NCBI GenBank assembly: GCA_963667845.2
Contig: CAXXVL010000002.1
Coordinates: forward strand, 1,856,001 to 1,920,000
From: Smithellaceae bacterium
GTDB taxonomy: Bacteria; Desulfobacterota; Syntrophia; Syntrophales; Smithellaceae
Direction: 5' to 3'
Length of the DNA: 64,000 bases
The notes under the pieces are model-generated. The model was given only the letters and a program-made list of their open reading frames with translations. It was not told where the DNA came from and did not search any database. Shown here in pieces: positions 28,401-38,375 of the stretch (position 1 is the first letter of the stretch; every line of letters starts with the position of its first letter). The position numbers were made by a program, and so were the translations under genes.

Positions 28401-29994
28401 CGTGGCAGTCCAGCCGAAGTCGATGGTGCTCCCCTTTGCTATCCCCCGGAGCAGCAGGCTTCTGGATCCGACGACTGTAGCGGGCTCCACAGCCAACTGG
28501 GTGCAGCCGGCGCCTATTCCGGGTACGCCGACACCGGCCGGTATCTCCAATGTGCTGACCGATTTTAACTGGGAATACGTCTGGCATTGTCACATCCTGG
28601 CCCATGAAGAATTTGACGGGATGCGCCCGATTGTGTTTAATCCCATTTTGGCGGCATCGCCTACCGGTAACCCGGCGCCGATTGCAACGCCGTATCCGCA
28701 TTACAACAGTACTGCCTCGCCCAACTTCAAAAACCCGGCGATTACCTGGACCAGGGGAGTTGTGACCAATCCCCCCGCCGGCACGCTCTGGTATCGTTGG
28801 ACGCTCAATAACGGTACTACTTCGACGTTGCTGCGGAACTACGCCTCCACGACTACCTACTCCATGCCTGTCAACACCTATGGTTTGGGCTCGTACACGC
28901 TGACCGTCGACGCGCGCAGATCTACGGCGCTCGCGACGGACCCGCCGGATGCAACCGCGATTATCGACTTCGACATCATTCCGCCTCTCGCTACGGGAGT
29001 GACCTTAACTCCCAGCGTGGCAAGCCCGCACGCTTATCCCGTCACGTTTACTGCGGCGGGAGCGGGTTCTACAAATTACCTCTATCGGTTCTTTGTGGAC
29101 GGCGTCGTTGCGCAAGACTACAGTACCGTCGCTACGTTTACGCTGCCTCTCACAACAGCTCCCGGTCCTCACAGCGTAACGGTGGATGTCCGAACCAGCC
29201 GGATTTCAACAACACCGGATGTGACATCCACACCGGTCGCGTATACTCTTCTGGCCCCAAGCGGATTGATGTATGCGACCTTCGGCACGGGCACCTATGA
29301 ATGGAACGGCACTTCGCTCGTTCAAATCAACGCGGCCCAGGCGAACAGTATGGCGGCCGCAGGTAATCTGCTGTATGCGTCGTTTGCAAGCGGCGGCATC
29401 ATGGCCTGGAACGGGACAACCTGGACCCAGATTACACCCAATACTCCACAGTTTATGTCGGCCGCAGGTACGCTGTTGTATGGGTCCTTCGCGGGCGGCG
29501 GCGTCTGGTCATGGAATGGGACAACCTGGCTTCAGATTACACCTAATAATCCTCAATTTATGACAGCCGTCGGTTCGACGTTGTATGCAGCCTTCGCGGG
29601 CGCAGGCGTCTGGGCATGGAATGGGGCAACCTGGACTCAGGTGACACCCAACAATCCTCAGTTTATGTCGGCTTCGGGTACGCTGCTCTATGGAGCCTTC
29701 ACCGGCGGCGGCATCTGGGGATGGAACGGAACAACCTGGACTCAGACTTCGCCCAACGACCCACTGACCATTTCAGCCGCGGGTACTCTGTTGTATGGGT
29801 CTTTCACGAGTGCCGGCATCTGGAGATGGAACGGTACAACCTGGGCTCAGATTTCACCGAACAATCCGCAGGTTTTGGCGGCTTCCGGTTCGGCTTTGTT
29901 CGGAGCCTTCCCGGTTGACGGAATCTGGCAATACAACGGCACAACGTGGAGTCAGGTGACGCCGAATGTACCGACAATGATGGTCGGTTTCTAA
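25417..29994 (+). CDS. large secreted multicopper oxidase (CotA / Geobacter OmpB-like) with repeat insert, Ig-like domains and C-terminal 7-repeat region
   Basis: Signal peptide; IRKFVDSLP; copper motifs HLHGG, FYHDH, HPMHFH and WHCHILAH; SD AAGGAG. Confidence 0.92.
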   Translation: MKTQKLLSWLCLLTVLAALFYASGPSGAAVVVPPGAAGFNPNVNYNIPNFAYSPNIRKFVDSLPGLGAAGCTLGNPLGTGTCHENNLGQYIPLAVPDRTTYPDADYYVLGAVEYTQKMNSDLPATRLRGYRQENATDPRIQNISQYLGPAIIARAYDPTKPQGINGNGRATRVLFKNELPIGAAGNFFLPVDTTLMGAGMGPVNGQNYTQNRVTIPHLHGGATPWISDGTPFQWLTPANETRTLGNALYQKGASFQNVPDMIGAGKSIVSPTPGDGLATLYWSNQQSARLMFYHDHAQGITRLNVYAGMAAPYLIVDQAEDDMIDGTNVSGAFTTPKAVLPNLGGVYKYGIPLVIQDRAFVNDATTPPGAGFTGIPTPLTATVDPLWYNAAHTWVGGTGVVPAGGSLWYPHEVMPNEDIYDPSGANPLGRWDYGPWLAPATIPVFPNLPSPSITPEFFADTMVVNGTAFPYVTLPPTAVRFRILNACNDRSLNLSLFVADPANPTEVKMVPANANPAYPTWPADGRMGGTADPTTQGPPWIQIGNEGGLLPQVAVIAPQTITFEQSRLVPTVLDILYKSLLIMPAMRADVIVDLSAYAGQTLMLYNDAPAPMPLYDDRYDLSTGKGDLTAQGGAPSSSPGFGPNTRTVMQIRVAASGATPFDLASLQAALPKAYKATQAPPIVPQAAYNAAFGTTSTDLYIRNTDNSVNLTGTPQAVAKVRAVIGGSGYTTPPVVNFVTADGNGSGAVATAYLNGVTGGITVTAGGTGYTLPPVITITPAAGDVTGTGATAFASISGGLVTAITVDQPGHNYTLNPTVTITRAAGDTTGAGATAAALISTGVVSDILVTNGGSGYTRAPFVYLVGGGGTGANADSMLVGDVPIDMKNLTEGFDPWYGRMNLQLGTTPVPLNPTAPAPQVPGLALYIDPPSDYWYDGKVQVFRLAHLGVDSHPMHFHLANLQIVNRVDATNTILPPDANEVGWRETIKTNPFTDIIVAVQPKSMVLPFAIPRSSRLLDPTTVAGSTANWVQPAPIPGTPTPAGISNVLTDFNWEYVWHCHILAHEEFDGMRPIVFNPILAASPTGNPAPIATPYPHYNSTASPNFKNPAITWTRGVVTNPPAGTLWYRWTLNNGTTSTLLRNYASTTTYSMPVNTYGLGSYTLTVDARRSTALATDPPDATAIIDFDIIPPLATGVTLTPSVASPHAYPVTFTAAGAGSTNYLYRFFVDGVVAQDYSTVATFTLPLTTAPGPHSVTVDVRTSRISTTPDVTSTPVAYTLLAPSGLMYATFGTGTYEWNGTSLVQINAAQANSMAAAGNLLYASFASGGIMAWNGTTWTQITPNTPQFMSAAGTLLYGSFAGGGVWSWNGTTWLQITPNNPQFMTAVGSTLYAAFAGAGVWAWNGATWTQVTPNNPQFMSASGTLLYGAFTGGGIWGWNGTTWTQTSPNDPLTISAAGTLLYGSFTSAGIWRWNGTTWAQISPNNPQVLAASGSALFGAFPVDGIWQYNGTTWSQVTPNVPTMMVGF
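29266..29991 (+). repeat. seven 105 bp (35 aa) coding tandem repeats
   Basis: Consensus LYxxFxxxGIWxWNGTTWxQITPNxPxxMxAxG. Confidence 0.9.
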
Positions 29995-30064
29995 AGGCGC
30001 CAAAATGATGTCAAAACGCGGTTTCAGGTTTCACGAAGTGTTTCATTTGTAACCAACCTTTAAC

Positions 30065-30108
30065 CATTCGGGGAGGGAGGCCTCCCTCCCCGAATGCTTC
30101 CTTTCTTT
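30065..30108 (+). terminator. strong intrinsic terminator after the MCO gene
   Basis: Perfect 32 bp palindrome CATTCGGGGAGGGAGGCCTCCCTCCCCGAATG followed by a pyrimidine tract. Confidence 0.75.
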
Positions 30109-30264
30109 CAACCCCGAATTGACACGACCGAGTGATTCATACTTCGAGAGCAAAAACATTGACGAAGCAGTCATCTTCAATCGTATCCATAATGCACACG
30201 GCACCCCGCGTCGCATATGAAATCATCACAGATCAGCTGGTGTTGCGCTTGATCGGATCATCGA

Positions 30265-31779
30265 ATGGACACTAAATTGCCAAAAAAAATCTCTGTTCGG
30301 CAAAATGCCATAGCCAATTATACGGGGGCGTTTTGCCAGGCGATCCTGGGCTTTCTGTTTGTCCCCCTGTATATAAAATATCTGGGAATTGAAAGCTATG
30401 GCCTGATCGGATTCTCCGTCTCGCTCGCTGCTCTGCTGCGACTGGCTGATTTGGGATTGAGCTCGACATTGAGCCGGGAGTTTGCGCGCTTTTCGGTTTT
30501 GCCCGAAGCAGCCCGGCGGATGCGCAGCCTGCTCAAGACCCTGCAGAGTGTCTACTGGGCAATTTCTTTGGTGGTCGGGATCCTGATTGTAGCAGTCGCC
30601 CCGCTCATCGCCAGGTATTGGATCAATCCCGGTTCCCTGGATGTCCATGCGGTGCAAAACGCGGTCATGCTTATGGGATTAACGGCTGCGGTGCAGGGGC
30701 CGATGAGTCTTTATACGGGTGGTATCTTCGGTCTTCAGAGACATGTTCTGGGTAATGTGATTAACATTGTTTTAGCGGTCTTGCGCTTCGGGGGAGTGGT
30801 GCTGGCCCTGGCGCTCATTTCTCCCACCTTAAATACTTTCTTTATTTTTCAGTTTGGTGTGGCCGCTATCGGGGCCTTAAGCACGGGCATTATCCTCTGG
30901 CGTCTTGTGCCGCGAACCGGCATTTCTTCATCTTTCCAGATCTCGCAGATAAAATCGGTCTGGCGATTTGCCGCCGGGATGAGCCTTAATTCCGTTCTTG
31001 CGTTGATCTTGTTTCAGCTGGATAAAATAATTTTGATTAAAATTTTGCCATTGCGGATATTCGGTTATTACGCGGTAGCCAGTACCGCGGCCGTAGTGGT
31101 AACTTATCTCGGGGCTCCCCTTTTTACCACTTTTCTTCCCAAATACACCCAGTTGTATGCCGCCGGGAATGAGAAAGAGCTGAAGGCAGTATATCGGAGA
31201 AGCTGTCAGTTCAATGCAATCATCACGATTCCTACCGTCATATTTCTTGCCATTTTTTCCCGGGAGGCGCTCCTGATCTGGACGGGAAGTCCTGATATCG
31301 CCGAACATGCGCACCTGATATTGAGTCTGCTGGCTATCGGGTATGGATTAAATCAACTGGCGTCTCTACCCTACGCATTACAGACGGCGGCAGGATGGGT
31401 TGAGTTGAGTGTGTATACAAACGCGGCAGCGCTTCTTCTGCTTGTGCCTGCGCTCGTCATTGCCACCCGCTTCTATCAGGGCACAGGAGCCGCTGCGGTT
31501 TGGATCGCTCTAAATTGCATTTATGTCTTTGTCTTTATCAACCTGTTGCATCACCGTATTTTGAAGGGAGAGGCGAGGCACTGGTACGCGGGGATAGTGA
31601 TCCCGTTGATTTTAGCCGTATGTTTCGGATGGGCCGGGCGTTACTTTTTCGATGCAATCGAGGGACTCTGGCTCGCGGCGCGTGTGGGCTTATTGTGGAT
31701 TACAGTCCTTATTGTATGTACTTTGTCAATATCCGGTCTCAGACGCAAATTGCTTTTGCTGCCCAAAGAATATCAATAA
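30265..31779 (+). CDS. wzx: oligosaccharide flippase
   Basis: Multi-TM; YIKYLGIESYGLIG, LADLGLS and QLDKIIL...FGYY motifs. Confidence 0.88.
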   Translation: MDTKLPKKISVRQNAIANYTGAFCQAILGFLFVPLYIKYLGIESYGLIGFSVSLAALLRLADLGLSSTLSREFARFSVLPEAARRMRSLLKTLQSVYWAISLVVGILIVAVAPLIARYWINPGSLDVHAVQNAVMLMGLTAAVQGPMSLYTGGIFGLQRHVLGNVINIVLAVLRFGGVVLALALISPTLNTFFIFQFGVAAIGALSTGIILWRLVPRTGISSSFQISQIKSVWRFAAGMSLNSVLALILFQLDKIILIKILPLRIFGYYAVASTAAVVVTYLGAPLFTTFLPKYTQLYAAGNEKELKAVYRRSCQFNAIITIPTVIFLAIFSREALLIWTGSPDIAEHAHLILSLLAIGYGLNQLASLPYALQTAAGWVELSVYTNAAALLLLVPALVIATRFYQGTGAAAVWIALNCIYVFVFINLLHHRILKGEARHWYAGIVIPLILAVCFGWAGRYFFDAIEGLWLAARVGLLWITVLIVCTLSISGLRRKLLLLPKEYQ

Positions 31780-31801
31780 TAAATTACAGGAGAAATTTTC
31801 A

Positions 31802-32635
31802 ATGCGCAATTTGGTTTTCGGTTCGGAAGGTTTTGTGGGTCATCCCCTGGTCCATTACTTGAGACGGCTTGGCGAAGAGGTGGTGGAGTGCGACATCAAA
31901 CGCAGTGTCAAGGAAGATCTCCGTTATGCCCGGTTGGATTTCACAGGTATTGACCGTGTCTATTTTCTGGCGTGGGATGTCGGCGGCGCGAAATATCTCT
32001 ATGAAGAGAACGTCCAGCTGCAGCAGCTGGAGTGGAATTTAAAGCTTCTCATGAATGTCATGCTGCAATTACAGTCGGCCGATATTCCCTTTCTATTTGT
32101 ATCCAGCCAGTTGGCGGAGGAATGCGATACCGTCTATGGCGTAACAAAACATTTGGGAGAGGTATGGACGCATTTGATAAACGGGGTTCGTGTCAGATTC
32201 TGGAATGTTTATGGTCCACTGGAAGAGCCTTCGCAGCGCACGCATGTTGTGAGCGATTTTGTTTATCAGGCTGTTCTCAACGGGCGGATCAAGATGTTGA
32301 CCACCGGAACGGAAAAGAGACAGTTTGTTCATATCGATGATGTATGCCGCGCCCTGCATCGGGCCATGGATTTGAAGGCGGATGGTGTCTATGACATCAG
32401 CAGTTTTGAATGGATCAGCGTACGGGATATTGCCCAGATCATTGCGGAAGAAACCGGTGCTGTTGTTGTTCCCGGCAAGCAGATCGGCAATACGCCGATG
32501 ACGCCTATTAAAGGCCGCATCCCCGGTTGGTTGCCGGAAGTGGATTTGCGCTCAGGCCTGCGCGTCATGATTGACGAACTGCACTCTAAACTGAAAAGCG
32601 CGAAGAAGAAAGCGGTGAGCGGTCAATGGAGATGA
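31802..32635 (+). CDS. NAD-dependent epimerase/dehydratase
   Basis: Start MRNLVFGSEGFVG with SD AGGAG; YGVTK, NVYGP and RQFVHIDD. Confidence 0.88.
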   Translation: MRNLVFGSEGFVGHPLVHYLRRLGEEVVECDIKRSVKEDLRYARLDFTGIDRVYFLAWDVGGAKYLYEENVQLQQLEWNLKLLMNVMLQLQSADIPFLFVSSQLAEECDTVYGVTKHLGEVWTHLINGVRVRFWNVYGPLEEPSQRTHVVSDFVYQAVLNGRIKMLTTGTEKRQFVHIDDVCRALHRAMDLKADGVYDISSFEWISVRDIAQIIAEETGAVVVPGKQIGNTPMTPIKGRIPGWLPEVDLRSGLRVMIDELHSKLKSAKKKAVSGQWR

Positions 32636-33426
32636 TTCAAGCCATGGTCATTCGTCAAAAACTGGGCTCCTGGCTCTCTGAGCCTCAGCGTCAATTCCTG
32701 AAAAACTTATACTATATGACGTTCCATCCCGGTTACGGATTTGCATTAAAAAGTTGCGGGCTCTCGGCCTACACGATTGAAAACGCCGAACCGGCCCTCT
32801 GGTCGGCGGATAATCAAAAACCTCACGGGACAATGATGACTTATTTCGGTTTCCCCCATTTTTTGCTGGCACGGACCATGATTCGGACCTGTAATGTTCA
32901 TAGCTGGTGCGACATGGGCACAGGAAGCGCGACGCTTCCCTTCCAGGCCGCGCGTCTCGGTATTGCCGATGTCTTTGCAATCGATGGTTCCGACGCCGCC
33001 TTGCGCGCCGGTAAAGTTTTGTTGCCGCGGAGCAATTATGGCGTGGCGGATATCTGCCTGCCGCTGAACATCAGATCCGCTGACGGCACGCCTGCCCGAT
33101 TTGATGTCGTGTCTGCTCTTGAGCTGGTGGAACACATACCTGACTCAAAACTAAAAGGCCTCTTTGATAACATCAAACGGCTTGAGCCCGAATATGTCAT
33201 TTTTGCCATCGGTCTGCAGCCCGATCCGCCCTATCATGTCAACTTGAAGTCCATGGCGGCATGGCTTGAAGATATATCATCCATGCTTCCCGGCTGGACT
33301 TACGATGACATTCTTTCCACAAAAGTATTCCGGGATACGAACCGCAATACAAGATATATTAACGAATACCCGACCAATCATCTGCCGCTCTACAGGAATT
33401 TGGTTATTTTCACAAAACAACACTAA
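32626..33426 (+). CDS. class I SAM-dependent methyltransferase
   Basis: DMGTGSA, AIDGS, FDVVSALELVEHI and HVN. Confidence 0.8.
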   Translation: MEMIQAMVIRQKLGSWLSEPQRQFLKNLYYMTFHPGYGFALKSCGLSAYTIENAEPALWSADNQKPHGTMMTYFGFPHFLLARTMIRTCNVHSWCDMGTGSATLPFQAARLGIADVFAIDGSDAALRAGKVLLPRSNYGVADICLPLNIRSADGTPARFDVVSALELVEHIPDSKLKGLFDNIKRLEPEYVIFAIGLQPDPPYHVNLKSMAAWLEDISSMLPGWTYDDILSTKVFRDTNRNTRYINEYPTNHLPLYRNLVIFTKQH

Positions 33427-33446
33427 TCCATAACATTGGTTTCTTT

Positions 33447-34316
33447 ATGACTGACTTGCCGAAGATTTCCATCATCATTCCCACCCGCAACCGGGCCCGC
33501 TATCTGAGGCGCGGATTGGACAGCATTCTTCAATCGGACTATCCCGCACTCGAAATCATCGTGATCGACGGCGCCTCGGCCGATGATACCGTTGAGGTTC
33601 TAAAGGCCTATGGCGACCGGATTACCAAGTGGGTTTCGGAACCGGATGGGGGTGAATATTTTGCCGTCAACAAAGGATTGGCCTGTGCGACGGGTGAGAT
33701 CATCAAATTCATGAGCGATGACGATGTGCTCCTTCCCCGGGCCCTCGGGATCGCCGGACGATATTTTCTGGAACACCCGGAGGTTGATGCTATCTTCGGT
33801 CAGCAGAAATGTTATGTATCGACGCCCCGGGCCGATATCCTGATCGACGATCGGCCTGTACTGGACCCGCGCAGCCTGACACCCCGCAGTTGGATTCGCC
33901 GCGGAAGGAGGGTGCCGAGCCATATTGCGAGCTTTATCCGCAAGCGGGTGATCGACGAGGTGGGCGGCATGTCAACGGCATACTGGCCGGGGGATGTTGA
34001 GTTCTGGGCCCGAGTTTCGAGCCACGGGGCCAGGATGGTTCTGCTGCCCGATCATTTCGTCGATTACTATCTCACCGGGGAGAATGGCGTGATGACGCGG
34101 GCTCGAAAGTGCCAGACGATTTTATACCATACGGCGCGTCTTCACGGGACCCCTGCCGATGTTGCCTATGTGATCTTTGCCAAACTATTGCCCTTTGAGA
34201 TCCTGAATCCCCTCCGCATGGCTTTCCACGCCATAGGGTTCCACCCCCTGCGCTCGTGGTTGATATCAAGAGTGAAACAGCAAGAAAGAGCCGTCACTGA
34301 ACGATATGCAGAATGA
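33447..34316 (+). CDS. glycosyltransferase family 2
   Basis: ISIIIPTRN, IVIDGASADDT, MSDDD. Confidence 0.9.
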   Translation: MTDLPKISIIIPTRNRARYLRRGLDSILQSDYPALEIIVIDGASADDTVEVLKAYGDRITKWVSEPDGGEYFAVNKGLACATGEIIKFMSDDDVLLPRALGIAGRYFLEHPEVDAIFGQQKCYVSTPRADILIDDRPVLDPRSLTPRSWIRRGRRVPSHIASFIRKRVIDEVGGMSTAYWPGDVEFWARVSSHGARMVLLPDHFVDYYLTGENGVMTRARKCQTILYHTARLHGTPADVAYVIFAKLLPFEILNPLRMAFHAIGFHPLRSWLISRVKQQERAVTERYAE

Positions 34317-35142
34317 CTTGATCAGCATTATCATCCCAACCATCGGCCGGCCGGTACAACTGGACGCACTGCTGGGGTCTATTTGCAGGTCCGGCTACAC
34401 GGCCTATGAAATCATCATTGTGGACCAGGACCCGACGGGAGCTGCCGATGAGGCGATTGACGGGTATAAAAATCGTTTGCCGATCCGGCACATCAAAGTC
34501 CGTTTTAGAGGCGCGGCCAGGGCAAGAAATTACGGGGCCCAGTTTGCAAAAGGGCAATACCTGTTTTTCCCGGATGACGATTCCGAATTATACCCGGAAA
34601 CACTGGACACAGCCATGACCGCTTTAAGAGACGCAGGCTCCGATGTGTTATTCGGGAAATGTGTTGATCGCGCACTGGCCGATTCTGTAGGTATCTTTTC
34701 CAAAGAAAGCGGTTATCTGTCATTAAACCGTCACGAAGGAATGTTTATTGAAGCGACGATGTTTATAAAAAAGGAAATATTTTCAAAATTCCCCTTCGAC
34801 GAATCCTTTGGTGTCGGGACTTATTATGGATCTGAAGAAGCATATGATCTCGTACTAAGAATGCTTTATGAAAAAGTGCACATGTTTTATACGCCGGAAG
34901 TTAAAATCTATCATCCACGCAAAGTGATCGACCATGCCGACAGCCTTGAAATACAGCGCGTATTGAGCTACCGGCGCGGCTTTGCCCATCTGTGCGTCAA
35001 GCACCGCATGTATAAAAAATACGGTATGCGTCTATTGAAAGTCATTTTGTATGTTCCTTACACGGTTGTCTTCGCTCCGAGAAAAACCCATTATTATTTG
35101 TCGGAACTGATGGGATTGCTCACGGGAGTCATTGTCCGATGA
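34306..35142 (+). CDS. glycosyltransferase family 2
   Basis: ISIIIPT, IIVDQ, ARARNYG, FPDDD. Confidence 0.9.
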   Translation: MQNDLISIIIPTIGRPVQLDALLGSICRSGYTAYEIIIVDQDPTGAADEAIDGYKNRLPIRHIKVRFRGAARARNYGAQFAKGQYLFFPDDDSELYPETLDTAMTALRDAGSDVLFGKCVDRALADSVGIFSKESGYLSLNRHEGMFIEATMFIKKEIFSKFPFDESFGVGTYYGSEEAYDLVLRMLYEKVHMFYTPEVKIYHPRKVIDHADSLEIQRVLSYRRGFAHLCVKHRMYKKYGMRLLKVILYVPYTVVFAPRKTHYYLSELMGLLTGVIVR

Positions 35143-36308
35143 ACATGGCAAAATTCAATAATATTTATTTTTATTTTATCGGCTCGCAGTTATTATTTCT
35201 GCCGATCTATTTCTATAACGCCTCGTTGATTCCCGTCACCCTTAATACGGACAAAGCAATTTGGATGCATATCATCGGTCTCATTTGGTCCGCGATAGGG
35301 TATTTGACGATACGATTCGCTTACGCCCTGAAAGGAGAACAGCAGGAGGAGCGAAGCGAAGACAGGCAATATTCCTTAAGTCAGGCATTTTATATTTTTG
35401 CATACCTGCTGACCCTTGCGGGGACAATCGTAGCCGTATTGCAGGTTATTCTGTTTGTTCCGCTTAACGAATATATTTCACAATTATTCGGCAGTGACTT
35501 TGAGGCGGAGATCCGGGTGGCTTATCTTCTGAAATCTGATGAAGGCGGTTTGCCGGGCATCATTAAGATTTTCGCCTATGCTCCTCTATCAATATATTTG
35601 ATGTCGCTCGGGCTTTTAAATTTCGTCAAGCTATCCGAAACAGATATGCGAAGGCTCAAGATTTTGAGCATCATTGCGCTGGGGGCAATTCTGATTAAAG
35701 TATTCTTCTCTCTCGACAGATTAACGATCATGGCAGTTCTATTGGCTAATGTTTTTATCGGGTTTAAGCAGGGATACTTGAAACAAATCCGATACTGGAT
35801 AATGATTGCAGCCATCTTATTCCTGGCGAATTATTTATCGATAAAACGTTTAAATAATGTAGGTCTTATCGATTTTATCTTAATGTATTTCAAACTGGGA
35901 TTAGTCAACTTTCAGCTGATGATTGACACGTGCTCTCAATATACTTATGGTTTTTCCACAATCCTGGGGCCAGTATATTTTATCTTCAAATTTATCCATC
36001 AGCCGATGCCGGATTTCGTTAATAACAGTCAATATGAATGGGAATGGAATCCTGCACAGTATTTCTCGTCATACGCATTTCAGGATTTCGGATATTTTTA
36101 TTTTATTTTATTTTATTTTATCGGGATTGTATTATTTTTTATCGATTTTAAAGCCTTGGAACAAAAGAATATTAATTACAGCACAATTTATTTTGTTGTT
36201 TTATATGGTGTTGTTTCTTTTCTATTTGTTCCTGCAATTCGCGGGATTGAATTTTGGTTTGCCTTGTCCATTCCTTTGTTATTGAACCGGTTTGTCCACG
36301 AGTATTAG
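35139..36308 (+). CDS. wzy: O-antigen/polysaccharide polymerase
   Basis: About 10 hydrophobic segments, very AT-rich, AFQDFG motif, located inside a Wzx cluster. Confidence 0.7.
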   Translation: MNMAKFNNIYFYFIGSQLLFLPIYFYNASLIPVTLNTDKAIWMHIIGLIWSAIGYLTIRFAYALKGEQQEERSEDRQYSLSQAFYIFAYLLTLAGTIVAVLQVILFVPLNEYISQLFGSDFEAEIRVAYLLKSDEGGLPGIIKIFAYAPLSIYLMSLGLLNFVKLSETDMRRLKILSIIALGAILIKVFFSLDRLTIMAVLLANVFIGFKQGYLKQIRYWIMIAAILFLANYLSIKRLNNVGLIDFILMYFKLGLVNFQLMIDTCSQYTYGFSTILGPVYFIFKFIHQPMPDFVNNSQYEWEWNPAQYFSSYAFQDFGYFYFILFYFIGIVLFFIDFKALEQKNINYSTIYFVVLYGVVSFLFVPAIRGIEFWFALSIPLLLNRFVHEY

Positions 36309-36361
36309 ACCGGAAGTGCCCTTTGGATTAAGGTATCGACGTTTTGCGGAAAAATATAGTT

Positions 36362-37369
36362 ATGGTCAACATAGAATTTGATGATTTGATATATTCTCTT
36401 CAAAAAACCGGCGGCATTTCAGTTTATTGGCGCGAAATAACTTCCAGAATCAGTCAAATGAATGATGCAGCTGTCACTAAATCGACATATCATAAGCGGC
36501 TCAGAGGCATTCCTGTTATTTCAAGCGCGGATGTGTTTCATTCGTCCCATTTCAGGTTTTCAATATTTGGCAAGGCCGCGAATGTAACGACGGCGCATGA
36601 TTTAATTTATGAAAAAGGGCTTATCGCCAATGGTCTTGGAGCAAAACTTAATTTGCGTGAAAGAAAGGTGTCTTTCTTTATGGCCGACGCGATCATTTGT
36701 ATATCCGAAAATACAAAGAGAGATCTTCTTCAAATTTATCCCGCGCTGAAGGGCCGCTGTCCTGTTTATGTCATATACCTTGGGATGAATATTCACAGGC
36801 CCGATGTGATGTCGGAAAATACGGCTGATAAAACCGGTAATCCCTATTTGCTGTATGTTGGTGGTCGTTCCGGTTATAAAAATTTTACGGGCGCTCTCGA
36901 GGGTTATTTGTTATCCGGACTCTGGCGAGAAGGTATAAAGCTCATCTGCACAGGTCAAAAATTCAGTGAAGATGAAACAAAGTCATTCAAAAATAAGGGC
37001 GTAGAAAGAATGGTGGTATGTGAAGAACATGTTAATTCAGAACGCCTTTACGAACTTTATAGAAATGCGTATTGTTTGCTCTATACATCTTCATATGAGG
37101 GGTTCGGTCTTCCGCCAATTGAAGCAATGAGTGCCGGTTGTCCTGTTATTGCATCCAATATTTCATCTATTCCCGAGGTTGTCGGAGACGCTGGAATTCT
37201 AATAGATCCATTTCAGCATGAGGATATCTCAAAGGCCATATTGATGCTGAAAAATGACGAGATCAGAGATGACCTGATAAATAGAGGAATGCGGCGAGCA
37301 AAACTTTTTTCGTGGGATAACTGTGCAGCGAATCACTTTAAAGTATACAAAGAAATAGCACAATTGTAA
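36362..37369 (+). CDS. glycosyltransferase family 4 (GT-B)
   Basis: GGISVY, TAHDLI, YKNF and [12 protein letters not shown] motifs. Confidence 0.92.
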   Translation: MVNIEFDDLIYSLQKTGGISVYWREITSRISQMNDAAVTKSTYHKRLRGIPVISSADVFHSSHFRFSIFGKAANVTTAHDLIYEKGLIANGLGAKLNLRERKVSFFMADAIICISENTKRDLLQIYPALKGRCPVYVIYLGMNIHRPDVMSENTADKTGNPYLLYVGGRSGYKNFTGALEGYLLSGLWREGIKLICTGQKFSEDETKSFKNKGVERMVVCEEHVNSERLYELYRNAYCLLYTSSYEGFGLPPIEAMSAGCPVIASNISSIPEVVGDAGILIDPFQHEDISKAILMLKNDEIRDDLINRGMRRAKLFSWDNCAANHFKVYKEIAQL

Positions 37370-37577
37370 TCTAACCCTATTCACCGTGTCGCCGAAATCA
37401 TTACAAGATGATTCATTTACCAGAAGACTGTGAATCCTCAAACTCTGCCCATTCCATCACCATTTCTTCGCCCGTGGCATCTGCGACTAAGACCGTTTGG
37501 TAAAAGCTTAACGGCGCGTAGATGTCTCAATGAATGAATAAAGGTTAAAATTAAATTGAAAGCAAGGCAGGCAATCC

Positions 37578-38375
37578 ATGATTTGCTCGGCAATGCCGAT
37601 ACCCGGCACTGATAATGCACCAAAGGTCTCAATTGTCACAGTCGTTTTGAACGGCGTGCAACATATTGAGGATTGCCTTTGCAGTGTTTTCAGCCAGTCT
37701 TATCGGAATGTCGAATACATCGTTATTGATGGAGGTTCGACGGATGGAACGATTGACGTGATCAGGAAGTACGAATCACAGATATCCATGAAAATCTGCG
37801 AGCCGGATCATGGAATTTATGATGCCATGAATAAAGGAATCTTGAAATCAAGCGGTGAGATCGTAGGAATTTTGAACTCGGATGATGTGTATGCCAACGA
37901 CAATGTCCTCGAGCAGGTTGTTGACTGCTTCCGGGAAACTCATACGGATACCTGCTACGGTGATCTGGCCTATGTGGACCGCAATGACATGAATAGGACC
38001 ATCAGATACTGGAAATCTGACCGTTACAAGAAGGAGAACTTCAAGCGGGGCTGGATGCCCCCGCATCCCGCATTCTTTGTCAGGCGCGACATTTATGAAA
38101 GATACGGTGGTTTTCATCTGAGTTTTCCGATCGCGGCCGATTATGAATTGATGCTGCGGTTCTTATACAAAAACGATGTTTCCACCGCGTACGTGCCGGC
38201 ATGCCTGGTCAAAATGAGGACAGGCGGATTCAGCCGTCCCGGATTGTCCAATACCTTCAAAAACATGGTCGAGAATTATCATGCCTGGGAGGTGAACGGT
38301 CTTAAACCCAGTCCGTTAACCTTTCTCATGAAACCGCTTGCCAAAATGACGCAATACGTGAGGACAGAGACATGA
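37578..38375 (+). CDS. glycosyltransferase family 2 (WcaE-like)
   Basis: IDGGSTDGT, GIYDAMNKG, LNSDD, PPHPAFF. Confidence 0.92.
   Translation: MICSAMPIPGTDNAPKVSIVTVVLNGVQHIEDCLCSVFSQSYRNVEYIVIDGGSTDGTIDVIRKYESQISMKICEPDHGIYDAMNKGILKSSGEIVGILNSDDVYANDNVLEQVVDCFRETHTDTCYGDLAYVDRNDMNRTIRYWKSDRYKKENFKRGWMPPHPAFFVRRDIYERYGGFHLSFPIAADYELMLRFLYKNDVSTAYVPACLVKMRTGGFSRPGLSNTFKNMVENYHAWEVNGLKPSPLTFLMKPLAKMTQYVRTET

Noticed and set aside
29266..29991. Possible CRISPR array
   Set aside because: Repeats are in-frame, degenerate, 105 bp coding units without unique spacers; no cas genes in the window
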